Below are positions 19,384-28,307 of a DNA stretch of 64,000 nucleotides, piece by piece; position 1 is the stretch's first letter, and every line of letters begins with the position of its first letter. Below the pieces are notes generated by a model that was not told the origin of the DNA, searched no databases, and was given only the letters and a program-made list of their open reading frames with translations. The stretch is from assembly GCA_021325135.1 (NCBI GenBank), contig JAJPHT010000046.1, forward strand, positions 1 to 64,000. Direction: 5' to 3'. The translations under genes were made by a program, and so were the position numbers. Source of the DNA: Pseudomonadota bacterium (lineage in GTDB: Archaea > Thermoplasmatota > SW-10-69-26 > JACQPN01 > JAJPHT01).

Positions 19384-20472
19384 ATGCCCGAGACTTTCAA
19401 CTCAGCGCTGCCTGGCGAGCAACAGTCGATTCGCCGCGGAGCTTGGGTGGACGCATTGCCGGAGCCTGGGTCCGTAGTAGTGCGCGTCGGCGACTCTGCT
19501 TCACTGCTTCGCGACCTCGCGCCGGAATCGGTCGATTGCGTGATTACCAGCCCCCCATATTGGGGTCATCGCGACTATTCGGCAGGTGGCATTGGACAGG
19601 AGCCGACCGTCCAGGGCTATGTGGAGGCATTGCTCTCAGTTTTCGAGCCGCTTCAGAAGGCGCTCAAACCGACGGGATCATTCTGGCTCAACCTCGGTGA
19701 CACATATCGAAGCAAGCGGCTGCAGGGGATACCTTGGCGAGTGGCCATAGCGATGGTGGATGAACAAGACTGGATTCTTCGCAACGATGTTATTTGGAAC
19801 AAGGTGAAAGGATCGCCAGACAACGCGAAGGACAAGCTTCGCAATCTGCACGAGCACATCTTTCATTTTGTGAAGGACCCAAAGAAAGCATACTACGACG
19901 TTGACGCAATTCGCAGGCCGCCTCGGGCGGCTACGGAGCGAAACGGCAAGGTTCAGTCCGCAACCGGCGTTAGTGGAACAAGATACCGTCGCCAAATCGA
20001 GCTCTCCACCGTCCTTTCGGAAACGGAGAAGGTGGCCGCGATGAGCGCTCTAGATGAGATGATGCAAAGCGTCAAAGCGGGGGAGATATCCGACTTTCGA
20101 ATGGTCATTCGTGGAGTCCATCGAGTCACTCACTCGGACTCGGTTCGGCTCTCAGGGCGCGCCAAGGAACTCGCCGACCGAGGTTTCTACTTCCTCAAGT
20201 ATCATCCAAAAGGAGCGAAACCATCGGACATCTGGGAGATTATTCCCGAAGACACACACGGAAGGGAAGCCCACTATGCTGCCTACCCCGAAGCGCTCTG
20301 CGAGATTCCAATTCAGGCAACGTGCCCTCCGGATGGCCTCGTGCTTGATCCCTTCCTCGGTACGGGTACAACACTTGTCGTAGCAAAGCGGTTGGGTCGC
20401 CGTGCGCTCGGTATTGACATCTCCAAAGAGTATGCAGCAATTGCAGAAGCCCGCATCAAAGAGGTTGCATGA
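19384..20472 (+). CDS. DNA methyltransferase, beta class (probably N4-cytosine)
   Basis: ITSPPY catalytic motif precedes the VLDPFLGTGTT SAM motif; start uncertain (19384 or 19447). Confidence 0.88.
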   Translation: MPETFNSALPGEQQSIRRGAWVDALPEPGSVVVRVGDSASLLRDLAPESVDCVITSPPYWGHRDYSAGGIGQEPTVQGYVEALLSVFEPLQKALKPTGSFWLNLGDTYRSKRLQGIPWRVAIAMVDEQDWILRNDVIWNKVKGSPDNAKDKLRNLHEHIFHFVKDPKKAYYDVDAIRRPPRAATERNGKVQSATGVSGTRYRRQIELSTVLSETEKVAAMSALDEMMQSVKAGEISDFRMVIRGVHRVTHSDSVRLSGRAKELADRGFYFLKYHPKGAKPSDIWEIIPEDTHGREAHYAAYPEALCEIPIQATCPPDGLVLDPFLGTGTTLVVAKRLGRRALGIDISKEYAAIAEARIKEVA

Positions 20473-21317
20473 GTCGCGTCCTCGAGCTCTTTGGTGAGCC
20501 TACGTCAAGGAGCGGCCCTCATTGGGCAGCCCTCACAACGGGGCAAATTTGCCCGTTCACGAGGACGAAGTGCTTTAAGGTCCGCAAGAGCGATCCGACA
20601 ATATCCATCGGTTCGTGCACAGTCGGCTACGGAGTGGATGAAAATCCCGGGATCGTTTGCCCCAACCGATTTCTTGAGAGAGATAGGATATTCCTGGACT
20701 CAATCCATCTGTTGACTTCGCATGAGCCAGGCAACGACTTGCACGTTATTCCTGAGACCGCTGTGCCCGGTGGGAGCATCGATTATTTCCTAGTTTCTGC
20801 TCGCCGCGGCAAAGTCCAGGATTTTGTCGGAATCGAAGTCCAAGGCCTCGACACAACCGGAACTGTCTGGCCCGAAAGAGAACGTTTCCTTCGGGACCTT
20901 GAACTACCGCATGACAAAGTCGCAGCCAAGAGCGACAAGCCGTTCGGTATCAATTGGAAGATGTCAGCGAAAACGATTCTAGTCCAGCTGCATCACAAAA
21001 TCGAAACTTTCGAACACATTGGCAAGAAGCTCGTCCTCGCCGATCAGGACATCCTTTATGATTACATGCGTCGAGAGTTCTCGTTTGACCATGTAGCCAA
21101 CGAGGCTCGTCTCGGTGACTCGATGCACTTCCACAATTATGCGCTCACAGTGCACCAAGGCGAATTCCGGCTAGAGTTGGCTTCTCGCAAGAGCACCGAC
21201 GCGGCGGGTGTAGCCAGGTGCCTTGGCCTTCAGAGTGAAGCTCGCGTTGAGCTTTCGTATTTCGTGGAAAAGCTCGAAGCGGCCTTAACTCCCCAGAACC
21301 GGTTATCGTTGCGATGA
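20469..21317 (+). CDS. NotI-family restriction endonuclease
   Basis: Cys cluster CPFT..KC..GSC..VCPNRF, then IDYFL..GIEVQGLDTTG (PD-(D/E)xK-like); ATGA overlap with the MTase. Confidence 0.75.
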   Translation: MSRVLELFGEPTSRSGPHWAALTTGQICPFTRTKCFKVRKSDPTISIGSCTVGYGVDENPGIVCPNRFLERDRIFLDSIHLLTSHEPGNDLHVIPETAVPGGSIDYFLVSARRGKVQDFVGIEVQGLDTTGTVWPERERFLRDLELPHDKVAAKSDKPFGINWKMSAKTILVQLHHKIETFEHIGKKLVLADQDILYDYMRREFSFDHVANEARLGDSMHFHNYALTVHQGEFRLELASRKSTDAAGVARCLGLQSEARVELSYFVEKLEAALTPQNRLSLR

Positions 21318-21587
21318 ATGATGGGCCATAATAACGCAAAATAGCTTGTCCATTCATGACTCCACAAAAATACGTCTCCGCAGGATTATTGGGCGGCGGT
21401 GTTTCACGGCAGTACGCGCAACTGGTCGCTGCTGCCCCTTCCTCCCTTTCTCCGTGCCAAACCACCAGATCCTCGGACCTCGGCACAACCGCCGGGGATT
21501 CGGCATGGACGGGGGGCCTCGGGCGAGGGGGATTCTGCAACACCGTCAAGCCCTGCGATCGCGCCAGGCCGGTCGCGCGCGGTCCCC

Positions 21588-22664
21588 TCACGACGCGCGC
21601 CGCGGGCTGGCGAAGAGGCGCACCTCGCGCCCCACGCGCTCGCGCTGCACCTGCCCCTCGCGGGCGAGGCGCGCGACGTGGTAGTGCACCAGCGTGGGGC
21701 GCTTCGCCAAGGCGTCCGCGATGGCGGCGTTGGTCATGCCGGGGTGCTCCTCGACGTACTGGAGCACCTGCGCGACCAGCGGGGGCTGCCCCGAGCGGGG
21801 GCGCGCGTCGGAGGCCCAGAAGCGGCGCAGGCGGCCGTCCGTCGTGGAGCGCACGTAGCCGTGCCGCTGGAGGACCGCCAGGTGGTGGAGGAGCGCGCCG
21901 TTGCGCAGGCCGGTGGCGCGCTTGAGGCCGGCGAGGTTCGCGCCGGGCTCGCGCTGCACCTCGCGGAACACGCGCAGCCGGCGCGCGTTGTCCAGCGCGT
22001 CGCCCGCCGCGAGGCGCGTGTAGAGCGGCGCGAGCAGCGCGGCGAGCCACCGGCGCAGGCGGGGCCACGCGTGGATCGCGGTGTGCGCGCCCGCGCCCAG
22101 GACCACCGTCGCGGCGAGGGCCGTCGTGACGGCGACCGCCTCGGGGCCGGGCCCAACGGGGGGAGGCGGCGCGACGGCCGACGGGGGCGCCGCCGCGGCG
22201 GGCGCGGAGACCTCGGGAGGGAGCGCCTCGGGCGGAGGGCGCGGCGTCCACGCCAGCGCGACGCCCGCAGCGCCGGGCGGGGGCGCAGGCTCGGAGGGGG
22301 ACGAGTCCGGCGGAGCGGCGAAGGGCGTCTCGGCCGGGAGCGCCTGCACAGGGGGCGCCTCGGTGGGGGGCCCCTCGACGGGGGGCTCGCCGGTGGTGGG
22401 GGCCGCGTCCACGAGGGCCTCCGGCTGCGCGACGGGGGCCGGAGCGGAGGGAACGGGAGCGGCGGGCGGAGGGGGCTCAGGGGGAAGCTGCGGGGGCGGG
22501 GCCTTGGAAGGAGGGGGGATCGGCGGCGGCGCGGGGTCGCCGTCGTGGAGGCGATGCCAGCCCCAGGCGTTTCCCTGGGGCTCCTTGGCCGGGGGCTGGT
22601 CCGCGAGGGCGAAGCCCGCCAGGGAGAGGCACGTCACGAGGATAAGGAGGGCCTGGGGACCCAC
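21588..22664 (-). CDS. membrane-anchored tandem winged-helix regulator with Pro-rich extracellular stalk
   Basis: Signal peptide, long Pro/Ala-rich linker, TM segment, then LYTRL..ALDNARR..EPGANL..HHLAVL and HPGMTNAAIA..YHVARL; start inferred. Confidence 0.7.
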   Translation of the reverse strand: MGPQALLILVTCLSLAGFALADQPPAKEPQGNAWGWHRLHDGDPAPPPIPPPSKAPPPQLPPEPPPPAAPVPSAPAPVAQPEALVDAAPTTGEPPVEGPPTEAPPVQALPAETPFAAPPDSSPSEPAPPPGAAGVALAWTPRPPPEALPPEVSAPAAAAPPSAVAPPPPVGPGPEAVAVTTALAATVVLGAGAHTAIHAWPRLRRWLAALLAPLYTRLAAGDALDNARRLRVFREVQREPGANLAGLKRATGLRNGALLHHLAVLQRHGYVRSTTDGRLRRFWASDARPRSGQPPLVAQVLQYVEEHPGMTNAAIADALAKRPTLVHYHVARLAREGQVQRERVGREVRLFASPRRAS

Positions 22665-22791
22665 GGGGCCCCCGATGCCACGCCCGGAGCATGACCGGCG
22701 CCGGTTTTCCGGAAGCGCACGCGGCGCCAGAAGGACCCCACGATCCAAGTCGCTCCAGCGAGGGTATGCCCCTCCGCGGCGAGGACCGCCC

Positions 22792-22983
22792 ATGCGCTCG
22801 ATCGTGGAGACCCTGCTCGTGGACGAGACCTTGAAGCACATGCCCCCCGAGGGCGGCAGCGGCGCCTACACCAACGCGCACCTGGAGCGCGTCGCGATCC
22901 GTCACCTGTTCGGGCAACGGGGGGCCGACTTCGCGGACGCGCTGATGCGCGCGGCGGAGGAGCGGCGGATCAGGCGATCTTGA
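22792..22983 (+). CDS. small hypothetical protein
   Basis: MRSIVETLLVDETLKH..., coding-like codon usage; slight convergent overlap with carA. Confidence 0.45.
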   Translation: MRSIVETLLVDETLKHMPPEGGSGAYTNAHLERVAIRHLFGQRGADFADALMRAAEERRIRRS

Positions 22984-24112
22984 CGGCCCGGAACCCCGCG
23001 TCCGCGGATTCGGTGGGCGTGCCCTTGCCGCCGCGCTCCAGCCACATCTTGTAGCGGTCGAAGAGGAACTCGGTGTCCTTGGGGCCCGGGCACGCCTCGG
23101 GGTGATATTGGGAGGATAGCACCGGCAGCTTGCGGTGGCGCAGGCCCTCCACGGTGCCGTCGTTGGCGTTGACCTCGGTGATGAGCACGTCCGCGGGGCA
23201 GGAGGCGGGGTCCACCGCGAAGCCGTGGTTCTGCGAGGTGATGTAGACGCGGCCCGTCTCCAGGTTCTTCACGGGCTGGTTCGCGCCGCGGTGGCCGAAC
23301 TTCAGCTTGTACGTCTTGAGTCCGTAGGCCAGCGCGAGGAGCTGGTGGCCCAGGCAGATGCCCTGGGTGGGGTACTTCTCCATGAGGTCGCGCAGCGTGG
23401 GCAGCGTGTGGCGCACGATGTCCGGGTGCGCGGGGTCGCCGGGGCCGTTGGACATGAAGATGCCGTCGATGCGCAGCGCCTCGATCTCGCTGGCGGTCGC
23501 GTCCCACGGCACCTGGTAGACGGTGCCGAAGCGCGCCGCGAGGTTGCGCACGATGTTCTGCTTGACGCCGGTGTCCACCAGCGCGACCTTGCCTTCGCCG
23601 CGCCCCTTGACGGGCGTGATCTCCTTGACGCTCACGAGGTCGACGAGGTTCTCCTTGTCGGGGAACGGCATCGTCTGGACCTTGCGCAGGATCTCGCCGG
23701 TGCTGAGGGTGTCCTCGGTGGTGATGCAGGCGCGCAGGACGCCGCGGCTGCGCGTCTTGATGGTGAGCGCGCGCGTGTCGACGCCCTCGATGCCGGGGAT
23801 GCCGTGCTGCACGAGGAAGTCGTGGAGCGTCGTCCGGGACTGGCGGTGGCTGGGGTGGCGCGACCACTCGCGCACGACGCAGCCCCACGCCCACACCTTG
23901 TCCGACTCGTTGGCTTCGGCGCTGACGCCGTAGTTGCCGATGAGCGGGTAGGTGAACATGAGGATCTGGCCGGCGTAGGAGGGGTCCGTGAGGGCCTCCT
24001 GGTAGCCGGTCATCCCCGTGGTGAACACCAATTCTCCGAAGCGGGTGCCTCGGGCGCCGAACGCCTGGCCTTCGATCACGGTGCCGTCTTCGAGGATGAG
24101 GCGCGCCGTCAT
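22970..24112 (-). CDS. carA: carbamoyl-phosphate synthase small subunit
   Basis: GELVFTTGMTGYQE, SNGPGDP, GICLGHQ, SQNHGF, QYHPEA. Confidence 0.97.
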   Translation of the reverse strand: MTARLILEDGTVIEGQAFGARGTRFGELVFTTGMTGYQEALTDPSYAGQILMFTYPLIGNYGVSAEANESDKVWAWGCVVREWSRHPSHRQSRTTLHDFLVQHGIPGIEGVDTRALTIKTRSRGVLRACITTEDTLSTGEILRKVQTMPFPDKENLVDLVSVKEITPVKGRGEGKVALVDTGVKQNIVRNLAARFGTVYQVPWDATASEIEALRIDGIFMSNGPGDPAHPDIVRHTLPTLRDLMEKYPTQGICLGHQLLALAYGLKTYKLKFGHRGANQPVKNLETGRVYITSQNHGFAVDPASCPADVLITEVNANDGTVEGLRHRKLPVLSSQYHPEACPGPKDTEFLFDRYKMWLERGGKGTPTESADAGFRAVKIA

Positions 24113-24120
24113 GTCCGGGG

Positions 24121-24164
24121 GACCCTGCGCCCATGAGGGGCACCCCTACTTGAGCGTATCCCGC
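24121..24164 (-). promoter_or_regulatory. carA promoter/operator motif shared with carB
   Basis: Sense GCGGGATACGCTCAAGTAGGGGTGCCCCTCATGGGCGCAGGGTC closely matches 51134-51178 at the same distance from the start codon. Confidence 0.75.
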
Positions 24165-24240
24165 GCGCTTCGTCTTCCTTCCACTGGAGGATCGACGGTT
24201 GGAGTCGCGCGTGTCCGGTTTTGGACACAGGCTCGTCGCG

Positions 24241-24373
24241 CGCGCCGCAGCGCGCGCACTCATGGGGGTTTCAGGGGGCGAAGCCCCCTGACGTGAAGTC
24301 GTCTGACCAGAGAAACGAGACGTCAGGGGGCTTCGCCCCCTGAAACCCCCTAGGGTCGCCGCGCTGCGGCGCG
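24241..24373. repeat. palindromic REP/MITE-like element, family 2, copy A
   Basis: Perfect 31-bp arms 24264-24294 and 24320-24350, each with a GGGGGCGAAGCCCCC hairpin; outer arms CGCGCCGCAGCGCG; near-copy at 54305-54458. Confidence 0.9.
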
Positions 24374-24399
24374 GCGGAGACGACTCTCCATGGATCAGA

Positions 24400-24900
24400 T
24401 CACGAGATTACGACGCTCTTGATCCCGTGCCCTTCGCGGATCTCCGAGATGGCGTCCATGGGGACCTGCGCTTCGGTGATGACGTAGAGGCGGGGCTCCT
24501 CGACGAGGTCGGGGTCGTCGACGATGGCCTGGCGGATGCTGATGCCGCGCTTGGAGATGACGGTGGCGACGTGGGCGAGGATGCCCGGCTCGCGGGCGTC
24601 GCTGGGGACGATCTCGATGACGCCCCATTTCAGCGTGGGCGCGACGTCCTTGAGGAGGCCGGTGGGCTGGAGGCGGGAGTAGACCTTCTGCAGGTCGGGC
24701 TCGCGGCGGATGGTGTCCACCGTGGCGGCGATGATGCGGCGGTCCACGCCGCACGCGCGCGCGAGGGCCGTGTCGCTGATGGCGACGTTGCCGCTGTAGA
24801 CGCCGTCCTGCCGGACCGAGAGGCCTTGGGCGAGGAGCGTCTGCGCGACGCGGCTCTGGGCGGGGAAGCGTTGGAAATACCGCGTGAGAAGGTCCCACAT
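24400..24900 (-). CDS. archaeal regulator of amino acid metabolism with ACT domain (COG2150-like)
   Basis: HTH-like DTALARACGVDRRII plus ACT-like PGILAHVATVISKRGISIRQ; divergent from the aro cluster. Confidence 0.8.
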   Translation of the reverse strand: MWDLLTRYFQRFPAQSRVAQTLLAQGLSVRQDGVYSGNVAISDTALARACGVDRRIIAATVDTIRREPDLQKVYSRLQPTGLLKDVAPTLKWGVIEIVPSDAREPGILAHVATVISKRGISIRQAIVDDPDLVEEPRLYVITEAQVPMDAISEIREGHGIKSVVIS

Positions 24901-25028
24901 GGCGCTGCCTGATTCTGCGCATCAGGGCATCAACCTTTTCCCAATTCCGCGTTTCTGTGGAATGCTGATGCCCAAGGTTGGGGAGCAATGCCTTGATATG
25001 GTGGAACACATACCGATCTCGACATTCC

Positions 25029-25829
25029 ATGACAGACCTTGGCAAGCGCCTGCGGCTGCGCCGTCTGCTGGGCCCCGACGGCAAGGGCGTCATCGTCCCC
25101 ATGGACCACGGCGTGAGCGACGGCCCCCTCCCCGGCCTGGAGCGCCCTTCGGACACCGCGGCCGCGGTGGCGCGCGGCGGGGCCGACAGCGTCGTTGTTC
25201 ACAAGGGGCTCGTGCGCGGCATCGCGGGCAGCCTCGCGGGCCTGGGCGTGTGGCTCCACGTGAGCGCGAGCACCGGCCTCAACCCGGACCCCAACGACAA
25301 GCGCGTCGTAGCCACGGTGGAGGAGGCGCTGCGCCTGGGCGCGGACGGCCTCTCCGTCCACGTCAACGTGGGGAGCCCGCAGGAGAGCCGCATGATCGAG
25401 GACATGGGGCGCCTCTCGGGCGAGTGCGACCGCCTCGGCCTCCCCCTTCTCGCCATGATGTACCCGCGCGGCCACGAGATCCGCGACCCCCACGACCTCA
25501 AGCTCGTGAAGAAGGTCGCGCGCCTGGGCTACGAGCTGGGCGCCGACGTGCTGAAGGTCCCCTACACGGGGAGCCCCGACACGTTCCGCGAGGTCGTCGC
25601 GTGCGTCGACGTGCCCGTGGTCATCAGCGGCGGCGCCAAGGCCGACACGGACCGCGCGTTCCTCCAGATGGTCGCGGGCTCGCTCGCGGCAGGGGGCTCG
25701 GGCGTCTCGGTGGGCCGGAACCTGTGGCAGCACCACGACCCCTCGGCCATGACCCGCGCGGTGACGAGCCTCGTGCACGGCAAGTCGACCCTGGACGACG
25801 CCCTCGCCGACTTGGGGAAGCCCCGTTGA
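25029..25829 (+). CDS. aroA': 2-amino-3,7-dideoxy-D-threo-hept-6-ulosonate synthase (DhnA-type aldolase)
   Basis: VPMDHG, SVHVNVGS, AMMYPRG, LGADVLKVPY, GRN; directly upstream of aroB'. Confidence 0.88.
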   Translation: MTDLGKRLRLRRLLGPDGKGVIVPMDHGVSDGPLPGLERPSDTAAAVARGGADSVVVHKGLVRGIAGSLAGLGVWLHVSASTGLNPDPNDKRVVATVEEALRLGADGLSVHVNVGSPQESRMIEDMGRLSGECDRLGLPLLAMMYPRGHEIRDPHDLKLVKKVARLGYELGADVLKVPYTGSPDTFREVVACVDVPVVISGGAKADTDRAFLQMVAGSLAAGGSGVSVGRNLWQHHDPSAMTRAVTSLVHGKSTLDDALADLGKPR

Positions 25830-26827
25830 TAGAGCGCGTCTGGGTCCTCCTGCCCGCCAAGGGCGCCAAGCCCGCCATGACCGCGGCGCTGGAGGCGGGC
25901 TTCGCCACCTTCGTCGCGGAGGGCGAGGCGCCCGAAGGGCTCGCGCGCGTCCGCGTGCTGCGCCTCGACGGGTCGGGCCTCCACGAGGGCGATCGCCTGG
26001 TGGCGCCGCGCGTGGAGATCCGGACTCCCGAAGACCAGGCGAAGGCGCTCCAGATGGCCGGCCGCCACGAGGCGGTCTACGTCGATGCGCGCGACTGGCG
26101 CGTCATCCCCCACGAGAACCTCATCGCCGCGTACCGTCGCAAGGGCACGCGCCTCATCGCCCGCGCGGCCGACGCGCAGGACGCGAAGCTCCTCCTGGAG
26201 ACCTTGGAGTCGGGCGTCGACGCCGCGCTCCTCCCCGCCGAGCACGCCCGCGCCGCGGCCGACCTCCTCAGGGGCGCCAGCCAGGAGACGCTCGTGGAGG
26301 CGCGCGTCACCGCCGTCCGCCCCGTGGGCGTCGGCGACCGCGCGTGCCTCGACACCGCGAGCCTCCTGGCCGAGGACGAAGGGGTCCTCTGCGGCAACGC
26401 CAGCGGCGGCCTCTTCCTCGTCGCGTCCGAGGCGCGCGAGAGCGGCTACGTCGCGGCGCGCCCCTTCCGCGTGAACGCCGGCGCCGTCCACGCCTACGTG
26501 CTGTCACCCGGGGGCCGCACGCGATATCTTTCCGAATTGAAGGCCGGCGACGAGGTGCTTGCCGTGGGCCGCTCCGGCCACGCGCGCCGGGTCATCCTGG
26601 GCCGCGTCAAGATCGAGCGCCGCCCCCTCCTCCTGGTGGAGGCCGAGACGCCCGAGGGGCGCCGCGTCGCGACCCTGGTGCAGAACGCCGAGACCATCCG
26701 CCTCGTGGGGCCCCAGGGGACGAAGAGCGTCGTGGAGATCGCTCCGGGGGACGTCGTCCTGGTGCGGCTCGACACGGGCGGGCGCCACTTCGGCATGAGC
26801 GTGGACGAGACCGTCGTGGAGCGATAG
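25826..26827 (+). CDS. aroB': 3-dehydroquinate synthase II
   Basis: DWRVIPHENLIA, GDRACLDT, RPFRVNAGAVHAY, GRVKIERRPL, QNAETIRL, GRHFG; TTG start overlapping the upstream stop. Confidence 0.93.
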   Translation: MIERVWVLLPAKGAKPAMTAALEAGFATFVAEGEAPEGLARVRVLRLDGSGLHEGDRLVAPRVEIRTPEDQAKALQMAGRHEAVYVDARDWRVIPHENLIAAYRRKGTRLIARAADAQDAKLLLETLESGVDAALLPAEHARAAADLLRGASQETLVEARVTAVRPVGVGDRACLDTASLLAEDEGVLCGNASGGLFLVASEARESGYVAARPFRVNAGAVHAYVLSPGGRTRYLSELKAGDEVLAVGRSGHARRVILGRVKIERRPLLLVEAETPEGRRVATLVQNAETIRLVGPQGTKSVVEIAPGDVVLVRLDTGGRHFGMSVDETVVER

Positions 26828-26828
26828 C

Positions 26829-28307
26829 ATGACCCTCCTCGTGGCCACCGCGCTGGGCGACACGCCCGACGAGCTGTACGCGCGCGCCCGCGCCGCGGAG
26901 CCCCATGCGGACTGGATCGAGGTCCGTCTCGACGGCCCCAGCGGGCTGCCTTGGGACCTGCGCGCGTTCTTCCAGTTCGCCAAGCCGTGCATCGCGACGG
27001 TGCGCCACGAGGACGACGGGGGCCGCAGCGGCGCGGACGACGCCACCCGGAATGGCATCCTGCGGCGCGCGCTGCTGGCGGGCGCCCGCGCCATCGACAT
27101 CGAGCTCTGGAACGCGGAGGCCAAGGCGCTCGTCCGCGAGGCGCACGCGGCGGGGGCGAAGGCCGTCGTCTCGCTCCACGACCTGTCGGGCACGCCGCGC
27201 GCGGAGGCGATCCTCGCGACGCTGCACGAGATGCGCGCGCTGGGCGCGGACTGGTGCAAGGTCGCGGCCACCGTGCAGGGCCCCGCCGACGCGGCCGCGC
27301 TGGTGGAGGCCGCCCGCGCCGCGAGCGAGGAGGGCCTCCCCTTCGCGCTCATGGCGGTGAACGATCCTTTCCTGCGCCTGCTCGCGGAGGACCTGGGCAT
27401 GGCGCTGGCGTATGGCTCGGTCCCGGGCGCGCCGGCCGCCGCGCCGGGGCAGGTCCCCCTCGACGCGCTGCGCCGCGCCCACTCTGGAAAGGCCCCTTCG
27501 GCGGTCTCGGCCGCGACGCGCGTCGCCTACGTGGTCGGGCACCCGGTCGCGCACTCCCTGAGCCCCGCGATGCAGAACGCGGCGTTCCGGGCCGCGGGCG
27601 TGGACGCCTGCTATCTCGCGCTGGACGTGGCGCCGCAGAACCTCGACGCCGCGCTGGCGGGCTTCCGGGCCTCCCCTCCCCTGGGCGTCAACCTCACCGT
27701 GCCCCACAAGGTGGCCGTGCTGGACCTGGTGGACTCCGTCGCGGGCTCGGCCAAGGCGTCGGGCGCCGCCAACACGCTGGTCTTCCGCGATGGGCGCGTC
27801 GAGGCGCACAACACCGACGGCGCGGGCGCGCTGGATGCGCTGGCCGAGGCCGGTGCGAAGGTCGCGGGCGGGCAGGCCCTCGTGCTGGGCGCGGGCGGCG
27901 CGGCGCGCGGCGTCGCGCACGCGCTCCACGAGGCGGGCGCCAAGGTGGTGCTCTCCAACCGCACGCTGGAGAAGGGGCAGGCCGTCGCGCGCGAGCTTGG
28001 CGTCCTCTGGCTCCCGTGGGCGGACCTCGGGAAGTCCCTCAAGGCCTTTGACCTCGTGGCGAACTGCACCACCATGGGCCTCCACTCCGACGAGACGCCG
28101 ATCGACGCCGCCCTCCTGGGCCCCAAGGCCGTCGTGCTCGACGCCGTGTACCGGCAGGGGGGCACGCGGCTCGTGCGCGAGGCGAAGGCGCGCGGCCACG
28201 TCGCGCTGGGGGGCGAGGCGATGCTCCTCCACCAGGGCGCCCGCGCGTTCTCCCTCTGGACGGGCCGGCCCGCGCCCCTGGAAGCCATGCGGAGGGTGCT
28301 ATCATGA
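26829..28307 (+). CDS. aroDE: bifunctional type I 3-dehydroquinate dehydratase / shikimate dehydrogenase
   Basis: N-terminal EVRLD, IDIEL, SLHD, KVA, APGQ; C-terminal HSLSP, NLTVPHK, NTD, GAGGAARG. Confidence 0.9.
   Translation: MTLLVATALGDTPDELYARARAAEPHADWIEVRLDGPSGLPWDLRAFFQFAKPCIATVRHEDDGGRSGADDATRNGILRRALLAGARAIDIELWNAEAKALVREAHAAGAKAVVSLHDLSGTPRAEAILATLHEMRALGADWCKVAATVQGPADAAALVEAARAASEEGLPFALMAVNDPFLRLLAEDLGMALAYGSVPGAPAAAPGQVPLDALRRAHSGKAPSAVSAATRVAYVVGHPVAHSLSPAMQNAAFRAAGVDACYLALDVAPQNLDAALAGFRASPPLGVNLTVPHKVAVLDLVDSVAGSAKASGAANTLVFRDGRVEAHNTDGAGALDALAEAGAKVAGGQALVLGAGGAARGVAHALHEAGAKVVLSNRTLEKGQAVARELGVLWLPWADLGKSLKAFDLVANCTTMGLHSDETPIDAALLGPKAVVLDAVYRQGGTRLVREAKARGHVALGGEAMLLHQGARAFSLWTGRPAPLEAMRRVLS

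Larger units (their letters stand above)
19130..21480. mobile_element. low-GC island carrying a restriction-modification pair
   Basis: Abrupt drop in GC and many A/T-ending codons relative to the flanks; no integrase or transposase seen; boundaries approximate. Confidence 0.7.

Noticed and set aside
24241-24373. CRISPR array or tRNA
   Set aside because: The repeats are inverted rather than direct repeats with spacers; no cloverleaf or T-loop; no cas genes in the window
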